DNA of 64,000 bases from an uncultured cyanobacterium (GTDB taxonomy: Bacteria; Cyanobacteriota; Cyanobacteriia; Cyanobacteriales; CAWCAG01). The translations under genes were made by a program, and so were the position numbers. The notes beneath the pieces are model-generated. The model was not told where the DNA came from, searched no databases, and was given only the letters and a program-made list of their open reading frames with translations. How positions within the stretch are numbered: position 1 is the first letter of the stretch; each line of letters starts with the position of its first letter. Location: contig CAWDOD010000008.1 of NCBI GenBank assembly GCA_963803805.1, forward strand, positions 32,001 to 96,000, in the 5' to 3' direction. This document shows, in pieces, positions 29,646 to 39,828 of the stretch.

Positions 29646-30142
29646 CGGACTGACTCAGCTAAAACAGCATAACTCTTTTCTATCGCCAATCATCCCTAGA
29701 ACAGAAAATAGTAACGCACCGCCAACAAGTTTAAAAGGCAGGGTAATAATGGAAAAATCTGCTAATTCAACCTGTATTTATCATTATGGGAGCGGTGCGT
29801 TACGGCGGATAAAATATTGTTGATTTAAGCCCATTTTGTCATACCGCCTAACACACCCTACCGGACTGACTCAGCTAAAACAGCATAACTCTTTTCTATC
29901 GCCAATCATCCCTAGAACAGAAAATAGTAACGCACCGCCAACAAGTTTAAAAGGCAGGGTAATAATGGAAAAATCTGCTAATTCAACCTGTATTTATCAT
30001 TATGGGAGCGGTGCGTTACGGCGGATAAAATATTGTTGATTTAAGCCCATTTTGTCATGCCGCCTAACACACCCTACCGGACTGACTCAGGTAAAACAGC
30101 ATAACTCTTTTTTATCGCCAATCATCCCTAGAACGGAAAATA
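29495..30142. repeat. Three tandem copies of a 216-bp unit
   Basis: Units start at 29495, 29711 and 29927; 7 variable positions in total. Confidence 0.95.
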
Positions 30143-32124
30143 GAAGTATTGGGAAAAGCGATCGGATTATCTTCTGCTTGTAAGCGACGACGCAACCTTT
30201 GTAACTCCGTCTCCTTTAAAGGCAACTCATCCACTAATTGATAAGGTAACAACCCTTCATCTAAAACAAAATCTATAGTTGTACCTGCTGCTGCCCCAGA
30301 TGACCATTCAAAAGAGTGTACCCGATAAGCGGCTGCTGCAATATGACTAGTGGCGATACTCTTACCCACCACCAAAAAGTTATCAATCTTTTGGGGAATT
30401 AATGCCCGCAAAGGAATTTCAAAAGGATAAGCTTGCCCTGCCCCTTGACGTTCTCCTTCCTTTTCTGTATTGCCTGGTTTTTCCGGGGGACTTTCTACCA
30501 TACAAGGATGAAAATCAATAGCATAGTGGGCTATACCCACAGAATCAGGATAAATGCGCGAACGAGTCCGCCTTTCGACATTTTCTACTTCTACAGCACC
30601 TGTCAACACATCTAGGGCATTTATACCTGCTAACTCAGTCCATAAATTTCGGTAAATGTCTTCCGGTAAGTCTTGATAAAATTCACTGCGGTAATCTTGG
30701 CGAGAAATATCAATTTCAGCAACATCAAAACCATCCTCATAACCAAAGGAAGGACGACCAATAATTCTCCTGGCTTCTCGCATATAAGGATATTTTGATA
30801 AACCGTGAACTGTTCCCATGGGAGAATCTAAACCAGAAAGGAAACGATTATCCGGTTGAGGTTTCTTTACCCCATCTCCTAACTGAGAATCAGTGTCTCC
30901 TGCCACCAACCAATAAAAGTAACCCAGGGAATGTTCTTCTCCCCTGGCTAAGGTTTCTGCCCGCAGTCCCCCTAACCAACCCCCAGGTGCTAATTGTCCT
31001 GCGGCTTCTAACTGTTCGCGGGTATAAATTAAATTATCTTGGGAAGTTCCAGGGCGATAATCATTACCCCAAGTCCAGTTTTGCATGGAAATATCCCCAG
31101 GAGTGGGGGCAGTAAAACCAATACCGCCAAACTTTTCTTCTTCTCCGGTATCAGGACTCCAAATACGGCGATAGGTGAAAACCAGATCAAAATCTGCTAA
31201 CCTTTCTAACTCGTAACTATAATAGGGTTCGTATTGGGGATAAAACTCCGGCATTTCCTGGGTTTGGGGTTCCTCCGTTGCTTCCATGGCAAAGGTGTAG
31301 GTAAAGCCTTGGGTACAGTAGCGATCGCCTTCTACACTCGCAGAAGAAGGTTCCCGGTAGGAACGAGGATCGATACCTAAACGGTAAGGAACATCAGCGA
31401 GGGCAATTATTTCCCCAGTTTCGGTGGCATCCACCACATACCAATTAGCGATTTGGGAGGTTTCTGTAGCTAAAGGAACAAAACGAATGATATTTTTCGT
31501 AAATAACTCAGAGTCTTCGTAGCGATAAGCATCTTCAATAGTTTGAGAAAGGGGATAGGTATTTAAAGGAGGGGCATCGGGGGCGCTTTGATGTTGAATG
31601 GCGATCGCACTTTGCATCTGTTCCCCACCATTAGTTGTTGGAACAGAACTAATTTCTTTAATAACCGTAGAAGGGAACCATTTTAAAGTACCATTACCTT
31701 TCCTCGCTGCATCCTCCAACATAGAAACGAGAATATTATGACCATCTTCGGGTAAAAAACAAGACTCACTCACCCAACAATCACCGGGGTTAAGTTCCCT
31801 ATAACGATCTTGGATTCTTTGGCGCAACTCTAAATAACCGCGAGGATAATAAAGCAGCGATCGCTGGGTAGGGCGTTCATCTAAAGCAGAGGTTCCTTGG
31901 GCAGAAATTTGTCCCCCTAACCAATCGGTAATCTCTGTTAAACAAACCGTACGCCCTGCTAATAAGCTTTCATAGGCAGTCGCTGCCCCCGCCAGCCCTC
32001 CTCCCACAACCAATACTTCACATTCTACGGTTTGTTCCCCAGAATTAGTTTGGGCAAGGGTAGGTTGGCTAGTTAGGGCGATTAAACCTAAGCACAAAGA
32101 TAATTTAGTTAGCGATCGCTTCAT
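30112..32124 (-). CDS. Exported FAD-dependent oxidoreductase
   Basis: Signal peptide; VLVVGGGLAG dinucleotide-binding motif; DATETGE, YMREARRI, IPLRALIP. Confidence 0.88.
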   Translation of the reverse strand: MKRSLTKLSLCLGLIALTSQPTLAQTNSGEQTVECEVLVVGGGLAGAATAYESLLAGRTVCLTEITDWLGGQISAQGTSALDERPTQRSLLYYPRGYLELRQRIQDRYRELNPGDCWVSESCFLPEDGHNILVSMLEDAARKGNGTLKWFPSTVIKEISSVPTTNGGEQMQSAIAIQHQSAPDAPPLNTYPLSQTIEDAYRYEDSELFTKNIIRFVPLATETSQIANWYVVDATETGEIIALADVPYRLGIDPRSYREPSSASVEGDRYCTQGFTYTFAMEATEEPQTQEMPEFYPQYEPYYSYELERLADFDLVFTYRRIWSPDTGEEEKFGGIGFTAPTPGDISMQNWTWGNDYRPGTSQDNLIYTREQLEAAGQLAPGGWLGGLRAETLARGEEHSLGYFYWLVAGDTDSQLGDGVKKPQPDNRFLSGLDSPMGTVHGLSKYPYMREARRIIGRPSFGYEDGFDVAEIDISRQDYRSEFYQDLPEDIYRNLWTELAGINALDVLTGAVEVENVERRTRSRIYPDSVGIAHYAIDFHPCMVESPPEKPGNTEKEGERQGAGQAYPFEIPLRALIPQKIDNFLVVGKSIATSHIAAAAYRVHSFEWSSGAAAGTTIDFVLDEGLLPYQLVDELPLKETELQRLRRRLQAEDNPIAFPNTSIFRSRDDWR

Positions 32125-32147
32125 AATATTGATAGATTTTCTTGTTG

Positions 32148-32459
32148 TTAATTATTTGTTGTCCGCAGTTGTTGAAACAAAATCTGGAACATTAGGGCGA
32201 TTAGCCCCACAGACACTAAAGTAAAAATTCCAGTTCCCAAAGCTGACATACCCACAACTAAGGTACGGACAGCCACAGCAATATTCATAGCGGTAGCATT
32301 GCCGCTAGGCAGAGGTTTGTGGGCAAAGGTTTCGGCAATCGAAGAAGTTAGGGCATAAAGGGCAACAGCAAATCCTCCCGAAATTATTGCACCAACTAAA
32401 CAACGCCAGGGACTAACGGTTTTTTGTTCTTTTGGAGATTGAGAGTTACTCATAAACAC
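32148..32459 (-). CDS. DUF3082-like membrane protein
   Basis: Two TM segments; IAVAVRTLVVGMSAL motif. Confidence 0.75.
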   Translation of the reverse strand: MFMSNSQSPKEQKTVSPWRCLVGAIISGGFAVALYALTSSIAETFAHKPLPSGNATAMNIAVAVRTLVVGMSALGTGIFTLVSVGLIALMFQILFQQLRTTNN

Positions 32460-32536
32460 TTGGATGGGTAATTTATAAACAAAGGTGTTGTTAACAATAT
32501 CTCTAATAATTCTGCAATCTTTTCAGCCAATAACCA

Positions 32537-33370
32537 ATGCAAATAGAATGGCAAGTTGCCAAAACCTACGAAGATATCCTTTATCACAAACAAGACGGCA
32601 TTGCTAAAATTACCATCAATCGTCCCCAGAAACGAAATGCCTTTCGCCCCCAAACGGTTTTTGAAATGTATGAAGCTTTCTGTGATGCCCGTGAAGATCC
32701 TAGTATCGGGGTGATTCTTTTAACCGGGGCAGGGCCCCATACCGATGGTAAGTATGCTTTTTGTTCTGGAGGTGATCAAAGTGTACGGGGAAAAGCTGGT
32801 TATGTGGGAGATGATGGTGTACCTCGGTTAAACGTTTTAGATTTACAGCGTTTAATTCGTTCTTTACCTAAAGTGGTAATCGCCCTCGTTGCTGGCTACG
32901 CCATTGGTGGAGGTCATGTTTTACATCTCATTTGCGACTTAACCATTGCTGCTGATAACGCCATTTTTGGTCAAACTGGCCCCAAAGTAGGTAGCTTTGA
33001 TGGTGGGTTTGGGGCTAGTTATCTTGCCCGTATCGTTGGGCAAAAGAAAGCCAGAGAAATTTGGTTTCTCTGTCGCCAATATAATGCGGCACAAGCTTTG
33101 GAAATGGGCTTAGTTAACACTGTAGTCTCAGTAGATCAATTAGAAGCTGAAGGTGTCCAATGGGGTCAAGAAATTTTAGAAAAAAGTCCCACCGCCATTC
33201 GTTGTTTAAAATCTGCTTTTAATGCCGATTGTGATGGCCAAGCTGGCTTACAAGAATTAGCCGGCAATGCCACCTTACTCTATTACATGACTGAGGAAGG
33301 TGCTGAGGGCAAACAAGCATTTTTAGAAAAACGCAAACCTGATTTTCGTAACTATCCTTGGCTACCCTGA
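32537..33370 (+). CDS. menB: 1,4-dihydroxy-2-naphthoyl-CoA synthase
   Basis: [40 protein letters not shown]. Confidence 0.98.
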   Translation: MQIEWQVAKTYEDILYHKQDGIAKITINRPQKRNAFRPQTVFEMYEAFCDAREDPSIGVILLTGAGPHTDGKYAFCSGGDQSVRGKAGYVGDDGVPRLNVLDLQRLIRSLPKVVIALVAGYAIGGGHVLHLICDLTIAADNAIFGQTGPKVGSFDGGFGASYLARIVGQKKAREIWFLCRQYNAAQALEMGLVNTVVSVDQLEAEGVQWGQEILEKSPTAIRCLKSAFNADCDGQAGLQELAGNATLLYYMTEEGAEGKQAFLEKRKPDFRNYPWLP

Positions 33371-33422
33371 ATTTAATATTTTTTAATTAAAGTCAGTTAC
33401 TAATTGCTGAATTGAACCTAAC

Positions 33423-33475
33423 AAAATTCAAGTAGGACGAAGCCATAAAACTTGCTTTCATCCTACTTGAATTTT
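33423..33475. terminator. Long hairpin between convergent genes, likely bidirectional terminator
   Basis: AAAATTCAAGTAGGA...TCCTACTTGAATTTT 15-bp perfect arms. Confidence 0.7.
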
Positions 33476-33530
33476 ATCTTTCAAAAAAGGTATTTATTTT
33501 TACTTTTGTTGGGGTCGCAAATAAGCTAAT

Positions 33531-33812
33531 TTATGGGGTCAATACTTTCTTGGAAGTTGCTACTTCCAAAGGCTGTTCTACAGATGAATAGTCGAGAACA
33601 AGGGAATTCTCCAAAGAAGCAATATCTTCTTCTAAATGTTCCCAAACATCCGTTTCAAATGGTGGAGCGGCCAAAGGACAAGCTTTCCAATTCCCCTGTA
33701 CTGGGACGCAAAGTTGTTCACACATACCGCCTCTTCTTCCCTCAGTTTTATAGTGACGGCAGCACCGGCAGGCAGATGTTAAAAAAAGTTGTGTTTTCAT
33801 TTGTTTTTTCAA
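33531..33812 (-). CDS. Small Cys-rich cyanobacterial hypothetical protein
   Basis: CRCCRHY..EGRRGGMC..L..PV.G.WKAC motif. Confidence 0.75.
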   Translation of the reverse strand: MKKQMKTQLFLTSACRCCRHYKTEGRRGGMCEQLCVPVQGNWKACPLAAPPFETDVWEHLEEDIASLENSLVLDYSSVEQPLEVATSKKVLTP

Positions 33813-34462
33813 AAAGGATTGTCTTTCTTGAAGCTCCAGTTTTAATTTATTCTTTTCTGAAAAGCTTCTTTTTCTTAGTCAAACGATGATTATATAAGGC
33901 TTATCTTTGTCTTTGATAATAGCCTGGTTTTAATGTTTTCTTTATAATTACGTCATAAATAGATACATAATCCTTGGAATTTGATTTTGAGCTATGAAGT
34001 AATTTAAAGAACTAATATAGATTTTAACCAAAAACAAATAGGGATCAAGGTAAAAAAAGGTAAAATCTTGATTAGGGAGTAGATAGCTAGGAATTTATTA
34101 CTACTTAAGTAGGAGAAAAGAAACTGCTTTAATCTAAGTTTGAAAAAACAAATGTACGGGGATCACAAATTAAGGGCTACTATGATCACACTTTAACAAT
34201 GACAGTATTGATACTTAAATAAAAAGATTTCTTTATTGGTAAACTTTAAAAGTTTCGATGCTAATACCAAAACTATTCTCAAAAAAAGAGCATTTTGAGA
34301 AATTGCAAGCTGTTATAATCTGTCAGGCATTTAAACGACTTGTTGTGAAATTAATAAAATTTGCGAGATCCTTCCTTTTTTCAGTGTCAAAAGGTGCGAA
34401 GGTTTGGGTATACTTTTGGCAAGGTATAAATATGATCGAAGTTTAGGGAAAATCTTTAATTT

Positions 34463-35653
34463 ATGAGTACACCCACCTCAAAACCCGTATTAAATCCCTT
34501 ATTACAAGCAGCCCTAAGCAGCTTAGACATAAGCTTAGAAGAAGAATTAATCCGGTATAGACGTTTAAGCAAAGGAAGCAAACCTAACTTCCCCCAAGGA
34601 AATACCTTAATTCAGCCTCCTCCTACTGCTGAAACTCTCGACCTTAGCCAATCGGCCGAAGCAAGCCCCGAAATAGATTCTGTTTCTACCACTACAGAAA
34701 TCAACTCCACCACCCAGTTACAACCCAACTCCCCCCAAGAAAATGCCGCTTCAAATTTGGTACATCAACCGACGGAATCTGAAGAGAAGCAAAATCTAGC
34801 TGAACCAAATAACAACCAGCAACCTCCCGAAGATTATTTAGAATCTTCTGAACAACTGCTGCGTTCTTTAGAGGAAAATAAATCAGAACCTCAAAAACCT
34901 GAACCTCAAAAAACCCCTGCCTGGAAACAAGTTCTTTTCTCTCCTTTAGGAATTGGTTCTGTAGCTGTTTTTGTTGTCGCTAGTACTCTTTTTGGAGCAA
35001 CTTTATTAGACTCCCAAACAGCTAACAAGTTAGGCTTAGGATTCCTATTCGCTTCTGAAGATAGCGATGTAGAAGTAGAGCCAGTAGATCAAGCAGCTAT
35101 TGAAGGTGAAGTAAAAGCTAGTCCTAGCGGGCCAAATCTTGCTAATAATCAGGAGTTCACTAAGGAATTAGATTTAGATACCTTAAGTACAGTGGAGTCT
35201 GGAGCAACCCCTGATGTCACGGCTACCAGTGAAACTCCTGCTGTCGCCCCATCTCCTATTCCTGCTCCTAACCCAGCCCCTCAAGGAGGTTCTTCGGATT
35301 CTACAGAAGCTTTAATTCCCCGTAGTATCGGTTCCCCAACTGATCCAAATGCCCCAACCGCAGTTCCTAACAACATAGCAGCCCAACCAGCCCCAACTAA
35401 TTCAGTATCGCAAGTTCCAGAAGCAGTACCTGCACCGGGTACAAATGAGCCTTACCACTTCGTTATTGTTGATTACACAGGGGCTGATTCTTTAACTCAA
35501 GCGAGAACAATTGTCAAAGATGCCTACCTACGAGAATTTGGCCAAAGTGTCAAAATACAAATGAGTGCTTCTAATAGCGAAGCTGAGGCGCAAAGATTGG
35601 TTGATGAATTAAAGCAGAGAGGCATTTCTGCTTCGATTTTTGCAAATCAGTAA
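34463..35653 (+). CDS. Single-pass membrane protein with probable C-terminal SPOR-like domain
   Basis: LQAALSSLDISLEEELIRYRR N-terminus, TM segment, Pro-rich linker, C-terminal AQRLVDELKQRGISA. Confidence 0.75.
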   Translation: MSTPTSKPVLNPLLQAALSSLDISLEEELIRYRRLSKGSKPNFPQGNTLIQPPPTAETLDLSQSAEASPEIDSVSTTTEINSTTQLQPNSPQENAASNLVHQPTESEEKQNLAEPNNNQQPPEDYLESSEQLLRSLEENKSEPQKPEPQKTPAWKQVLFSPLGIGSVAVFVVASTLFGATLLDSQTANKLGLGFLFASEDSDVEVEPVDQAAIEGEVKASPSGPNLANNQEFTKELDLDTLSTVESGATPDVTATSETPAVAPSPIPAPNPAPQGGSSDSTEALIPRSIGSPTDPNAPTAVPNNIAAQPAPTNSVSQVPEAVPAPGTNEPYHFVIVDYTGADSLTQARTIVKDAYLREFGQSVKIQMSASNSEAEAQRLVDELKQRGISASIFANQ

Positions 35654-35691
35654 TTATTGGCTCACCCATCTTAGCAATTAGCAACTAGCCA

Positions 35692-36504
35692 ATGGCAATT
35701 CCCCTTTACTTAATCATCTTCGCCTTGGGTGCGGCCATTGGTAGCTTCATTAACGTAGTGGTTTATCGCTTACCCGCAGGACTATCTATTCTTTGGCCTC
35801 CTTCTCGTTGTCCCCATTGTTTAAATAGATTGGGCAAAAAAGAGAATATCCCTGTCTTCGGGTGGTTGTGGCTTAAGGGCAAGTGTAAACACTGCCACAG
35901 TAAGATTTCTCCCCGCTATCCTATCGTCGAAGCATTTACAGGCATAATTTTCCTTTTAGTATTTAGCTTATTTGGTCTAAGCCTGGAAACATTAGGTTAT
36001 TGGTTTTTGGTTAGCTGGTTACTAACTTTATCCTTAATAGATTTAGACACCATGACCTTACCTAATTCCCTTACCCAATCGGGGTTAGTTTTAGGTTTGA
36101 TTTTCCAAGCATTATTAGGCTGGCAAACTACCTCTGAATTATCAGGAGTTGCCAATCAATTAATGGTAGGAATTGGTGGTGCAGTTTTGGGTATATGGTT
36201 ATTTGAAGCGATCGCCTGGATTGGCACAATCATTTTTGGTCAAACTGCCATGGGTGGAGGAGATGCTAAACTCAGCGCCACCATTGGGGCTTGGTTAGGT
36301 TGGAAATATCTTTTACTATCTAGTTTCATCGCCTGCGGCTTAGGAGCATTTGTGGGAGGAGGTGCAATCACCCTTGGTATTTTGAGTAGAAAGCAACCTA
36401 TGCCTTTTGGCCCTTTTCTCGCTTTAGGTGGAATTTTAGCTTGTTTCTGGGGCGAAACAATACTTTCTGTTTATGTGCAAATTTTCTTTCCCTCTTTCAA
36501 CTAA
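35692..36504 (+). CDS. pilD: Prepilin peptidase / N-methyltransferase
   Basis: GSFINVVVYRLP, two CxxC, IDLD, MGGGDAKL, PFGPFL. Confidence 0.95.
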   Translation: MAIPLYLIIFALGAAIGSFINVVVYRLPAGLSILWPPSRCPHCLNRLGKKENIPVFGWLWLKGKCKHCHSKISPRYPIVEAFTGIIFLLVFSLFGLSLETLGYWFLVSWLLTLSLIDLDTMTLPNSLTQSGLVLGLIFQALLGWQTTSELSGVANQLMVGIGGAVLGIWLFEAIAWIGTIIFGQTAMGGGDAKLSATIGAWLGWKYLLLSSFIACGLGAFVGGGAITLGILSRKQPMPFGPFLALGGILACFWGETILSVYVQIFFPSFN

Positions 36505-36592
36505 TACCAAAGAAGTAGGATTTGGTATCATGAAAATTCTTCACCCTAATAATTTTCCTAGTATAATCGGAGCGATCATTTCCTGGAAACTT

Positions 36593-38062
36593 CTAATCTA
36601 AAAAATATTGAGAAGCCCAATTACCATGCAAACCATAAGGAATATGATGCTTAAGATTGAGTTTTGCGAGGAGATTAAGATTGCTAGGGTCGAGGATAAC
36701 TAACTCAGAACGATGGCGATCGCCGTTATAAACTAGAGTAAGAAGCCAACCCTCATCTTCCTGGGAACTTTGAGGATGAGGTACAAAAACAGGTTCGCTA
36801 ACAAAGCCGTTAGGGGCTGCACTCCAACTCTTCTGTGTTCCTGTGGTTAAATCTAGTTTGAGGATACCTTGCAAAGGTGCATTCCCCTCTTTTTCTTCAG
36901 CAACACCCATAAATAAATAATGGTAGGAACGTCCCACATAATCAGGATGAACTTCAGGAAATTCACAACAACGACTCAACAATAACTGACTGTCTGTAGT
37001 TCTCTGCTCTAAATCTAATGTAAAACGCCATAGTTGTCCTGGTGCTAAGGTTGCAAAATCCACATCGCGATAATCGGCATCTTTTTGTACTTGGGGAATA
37101 GAATCATAGCAAATGGAGTCGAGGTAAATTTTGCCATTTTCCTCAAAAGCATTAGCATGATGAAAAACAAATCCGGCTTGAGTTTCCAAGATTTTCACCT
37201 TTTCATCTGCTTTGGTATTCCGGGGAATAACGATGATGCGGGTAGGGCTTTTGGCTTGAAAGTTAACGCATTCTCCGGCCCCTTTAAAGCCTAATAAAAA
37301 AGGTAGGGGGTTAAAAGTAACAGGATTTTGGAAGAAGAGACAATAATTTGGGGTAATAGCAAAGTCGTGAATGAAAGCAAATCCTGGGACGCTATGGTCG
37401 TGGCGACGTAGCAATTTTCCCCCAGCATCTAATTCATAAACAGTAATAGTTGTAGAAAGTCCAGGTTTAATGGAAAAATTAACTAAACAAGGCTCTCCTC
37501 CATTAAACTTACAACTAGGATCAATCCAAGGATGGGCTGCAAAGGCATCTCCTGGTTGTAAAATCCCATCTAGGTCATCTAACCCCAAAGTCTCTAAATT
37601 ACTTGGCTCTAAGCGATAGGGTTGTGCCGCTTCCCACAGGGCAAGAAGTTTCCCACCCCAGTAAATGACGTTGGTGTTGGCAATATTCTTGAGGCGAAAA
37701 TCAAAAGCATTATGCCACCAGCCACCAGGCTTTTGAGTACCAAAAACCCCACGATAAAGGATTTTACCCGCTTGTTGTTCTTCGACAAAAGCTTGAGTGC
37801 GAACAAAGCGGTTGCGGAAATGTGCGCGTCCTTCTTTAAAAGAAACAGCACAAACCATACCATCGCCGTCAAAGGGATGATGTATAGCAGTGCCGTTAAT
37901 ATCTAATAATCCTGGACCATTACGAAATAAAGTACCTTCAAGTTCAGTAGGAATTTCTCCTTCAACATCATCAACCCAATAGTCAGATTCTTGGAGTTGA
38001 GATTGATAACCTTGTTTCCATTGTTCAAGGTTATAGGATTTGGTGTTTGTAGTTAGTTTCAT
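36593..38062 (-). CDS. Carotenoid cleavage oxygenase family protein
   Basis: GTLFRNGPG, HPFDGDG, His ligands (AHP, IHDF, FHH, GLHG). Confidence 0.95.
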   Translation of the reverse strand: MKLTTNTKSYNLEQWKQGYQSQLQESDYWVDDVEGEIPTELEGTLFRNGPGLLDINGTAIHHPFDGDGMVCAVSFKEGRAHFRNRFVRTQAFVEEQQAGKILYRGVFGTQKPGGWWHNAFDFRLKNIANTNVIYWGGKLLALWEAAQPYRLEPSNLETLGLDDLDGILQPGDAFAAHPWIDPSCKFNGGEPCLVNFSIKPGLSTTITVYELDAGGKLLRRHDHSVPGFAFIHDFAITPNYCLFFQNPVTFNPLPFLLGFKGAGECVNFQAKSPTRIIVIPRNTKADEKVKILETQAGFVFHHANAFEENGKIYLDSICYDSIPQVQKDADYRDVDFATLAPGQLWRFTLDLEQRTTDSQLLLSRCCEFPEVHPDYVGRSYHYLFMGVAEEKEGNAPLQGILKLDLTTGTQKSWSAAPNGFVSEPVFVPHPQSSQEDEGWLLTLVYNGDRHRSELVILDPSNLNLLAKLNLKHHIPYGLHGNWASQYFLD

Positions 38063-38103
38063 TAGTTATCAATAGTTTTTAAAAAGTGGTAGTAAGTTTT
38101 AAA

Positions 38104-39501
38104 TTAAACTGTTGGCACTAAAGGCTTTTCTATATCCCCTTTCATCTCATGTTCCCCTAACCCTTGCCTAATCAGATTTTCTTTCTCTTCCTCAGCTTGA
38201 GGATCACCTGATGGCAACCAGCCTAAAAAAGGTAGAGGTAATAAGCTAGATAGGTTAACGATGACAACTAATAGCCAAAGATTACTAAAATTAGTTTCCG
38301 TCACTCCCAAAAGTTTGGTTAACAAAGCCCCCAATTCATGGGAAAGCAGCCCTGCTAAGTTAAAAACGGACATGAGGAGGGCAAACAAGGTAGCTTCCAC
38401 TCCCGCAGGGCAAAGACGGGCAGAAAGAACCAATACTGGCATAAAAGCTATTTGTCCCATGACGGTGAGAATGAGACTATCTCCTAAACTAAACCAATGG
38501 TCGTCTATACCCAAGCTACGATTAGCATGGGTGACTAGGAGTAAAGTTGTCATGCCTAAAACTGCTGAGATAACGGTACTCCAACCAAAGATGACTCGGA
38601 AGGATACGCTTTTGAGGAAGCGTTGATATAACCAAATACCTAATAAAGAAGCAATACTAGTTACTAAGCGCACTCTACCTAAAAATTCTGGTTCAAACCC
38701 TAATTCGTTGGTGACGAAGAAAAATATCGCCGATTCTCCTCCAGGAGTTGCCTGCCAAATAAAGATAAATAGGGTGGGAAGCCAAATATACTTTTGAGTT
38801 ATAGCTGCCCAGAGTTGCTTAACTTGGTGCTTTGCCCCAGCAACATTAACCTTGTTGCTAGTTTTTTCTTCGGCAATTAACCAAGCAATACCCGAAACTA
38901 TGAGGGGGAAAGTGGCGGTGATAGAAAAAACTGTTTGGTTGCTGAAATGCTGTAAGAGCAAACCACTTAAATAAGCTGTGGTTAAGCCCCCCAAAGCCGT
39001 ACAACTCCAACTTAAAGATTGCAAGGAACCAGACTTCTCCAAAGATTCTTCCCTAGCTCTCTCTACTACCAAAGAGTCTACAATTACATCACTAATGGCC
39101 ATGGAAAGAGATGTAAATAAAATTGCTGTGGTAGCAGCCCAAGCCGTGTTAACTACTGTCCCCAAAGCTAACCAAGAAGCTGCCCCCAAAATACCGGAGA
39201 TGATTAAGTAAGGGCGGCGGCGATAGCCAAATAAGGGTAAGCCATCAGAAATAAAACCAAATAAGGGTTTTGTTACCCAAGGCAAAGATGCAATACCCAT
39301 CAAGGCTGCAACTTGGGCAGGGCTGAGGGCGAGGTCATCTTTAAGGAAAAAGCTAACAGCTAAACGGGCTAAACCGAGTATGCCTTGAACGAAATAAACC
39401 GTCATGATGGCTAATAACTCAGGATTCGGCTCGTTGCCGAACAAAATCTTTTCTTTGATTAACTCTTGGAACTGACTTAGCCTGGGAGAAGAAGCTGTCA
39501 T
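38104..39501 (-). CDS. Folate/biopterin family MFS transporter (BT1)
   Basis: YFVQG, LPWVTKPLFGFISD, GYRRRPY, CPAGVEATLFALLMS. Confidence 0.93.
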   Translation of the reverse strand: MTASSPRLSQFQELIKEKILFGNEPNPELLAIMTVYFVQGILGLARLAVSFFLKDDLALSPAQVAALMGIASLPWVTKPLFGFISDGLPLFGYRRRPYLIISGILGAASWLALGTVVNTAWAATTAILFTSLSMAISDVIVDSLVVERAREESLEKSGSLQSLSWSCTALGGLTTAYLSGLLLQHFSNQTVFSITATFPLIVSGIAWLIAEEKTSNKVNVAGAKHQVKQLWAAITQKYIWLPTLFIFIWQATPGGESAIFFFVTNELGFEPEFLGRVRLVTSIASLLGIWLYQRFLKSVSFRVIFGWSTVISAVLGMTTLLLVTHANRSLGIDDHWFSLGDSLILTVMGQIAFMPVLVLSARLCPAGVEATLFALLMSVFNLAGLLSHELGALLTKLLGVTETNFSNLWLLVVIVNLSSLLPLPFLGWLPSGDPQAEEEKENLIRQGLGEHEMKGDIEKPLVPTV

Positions 39502-39828
39502 GAATATTTTTTAAGTTTTATATCATTTTATATCTTATACAGCTAACAGAGATTTCGGTGTAGCTAGAAAATCAGAAATATAACTGTTGAGAAAGAGCTT
39601 GGTCGGAAAATCTCTACCTACAGGATGAGAGTCTTGGTTTTCTTAGGGAAACTTCTATGTCATTAGGGAAGAAAGATACAACAAGCAGATAATCAATCTT
39701 GGGGTGAGGCTAAGATGGGGTATGACCAGGCATACTGAAAGTGTTGTGTAATATAGACTGCAATTCAATCAAGCCTAATCAAATTTAATTCTTTCTCAAA
39801 ATTTATTACTTTTTATCCTCGTGCTATT

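Noticed and set aside
29620..30039. Two near-identical 67-aa ORFs (29620-29823, 29836-30039)
   Set aside because: Products of the 216-bp tandem repeat read across REP hairpins and the antisense gene end; TTG starts and no recognisable protein features.
29437..30142. Possible CRISPR array
   Set aside because: Whole 216-bp units repeat, with no unique spacers, and no cas genes are in the window.
33890..34462. Possible ncRNA, riboswitch or 62-aa ORF in the long AT-rich intergenic region
   Set aside because: No recognisable structured-RNA motif by eye; an Rfam/Infernal scan would be needed.
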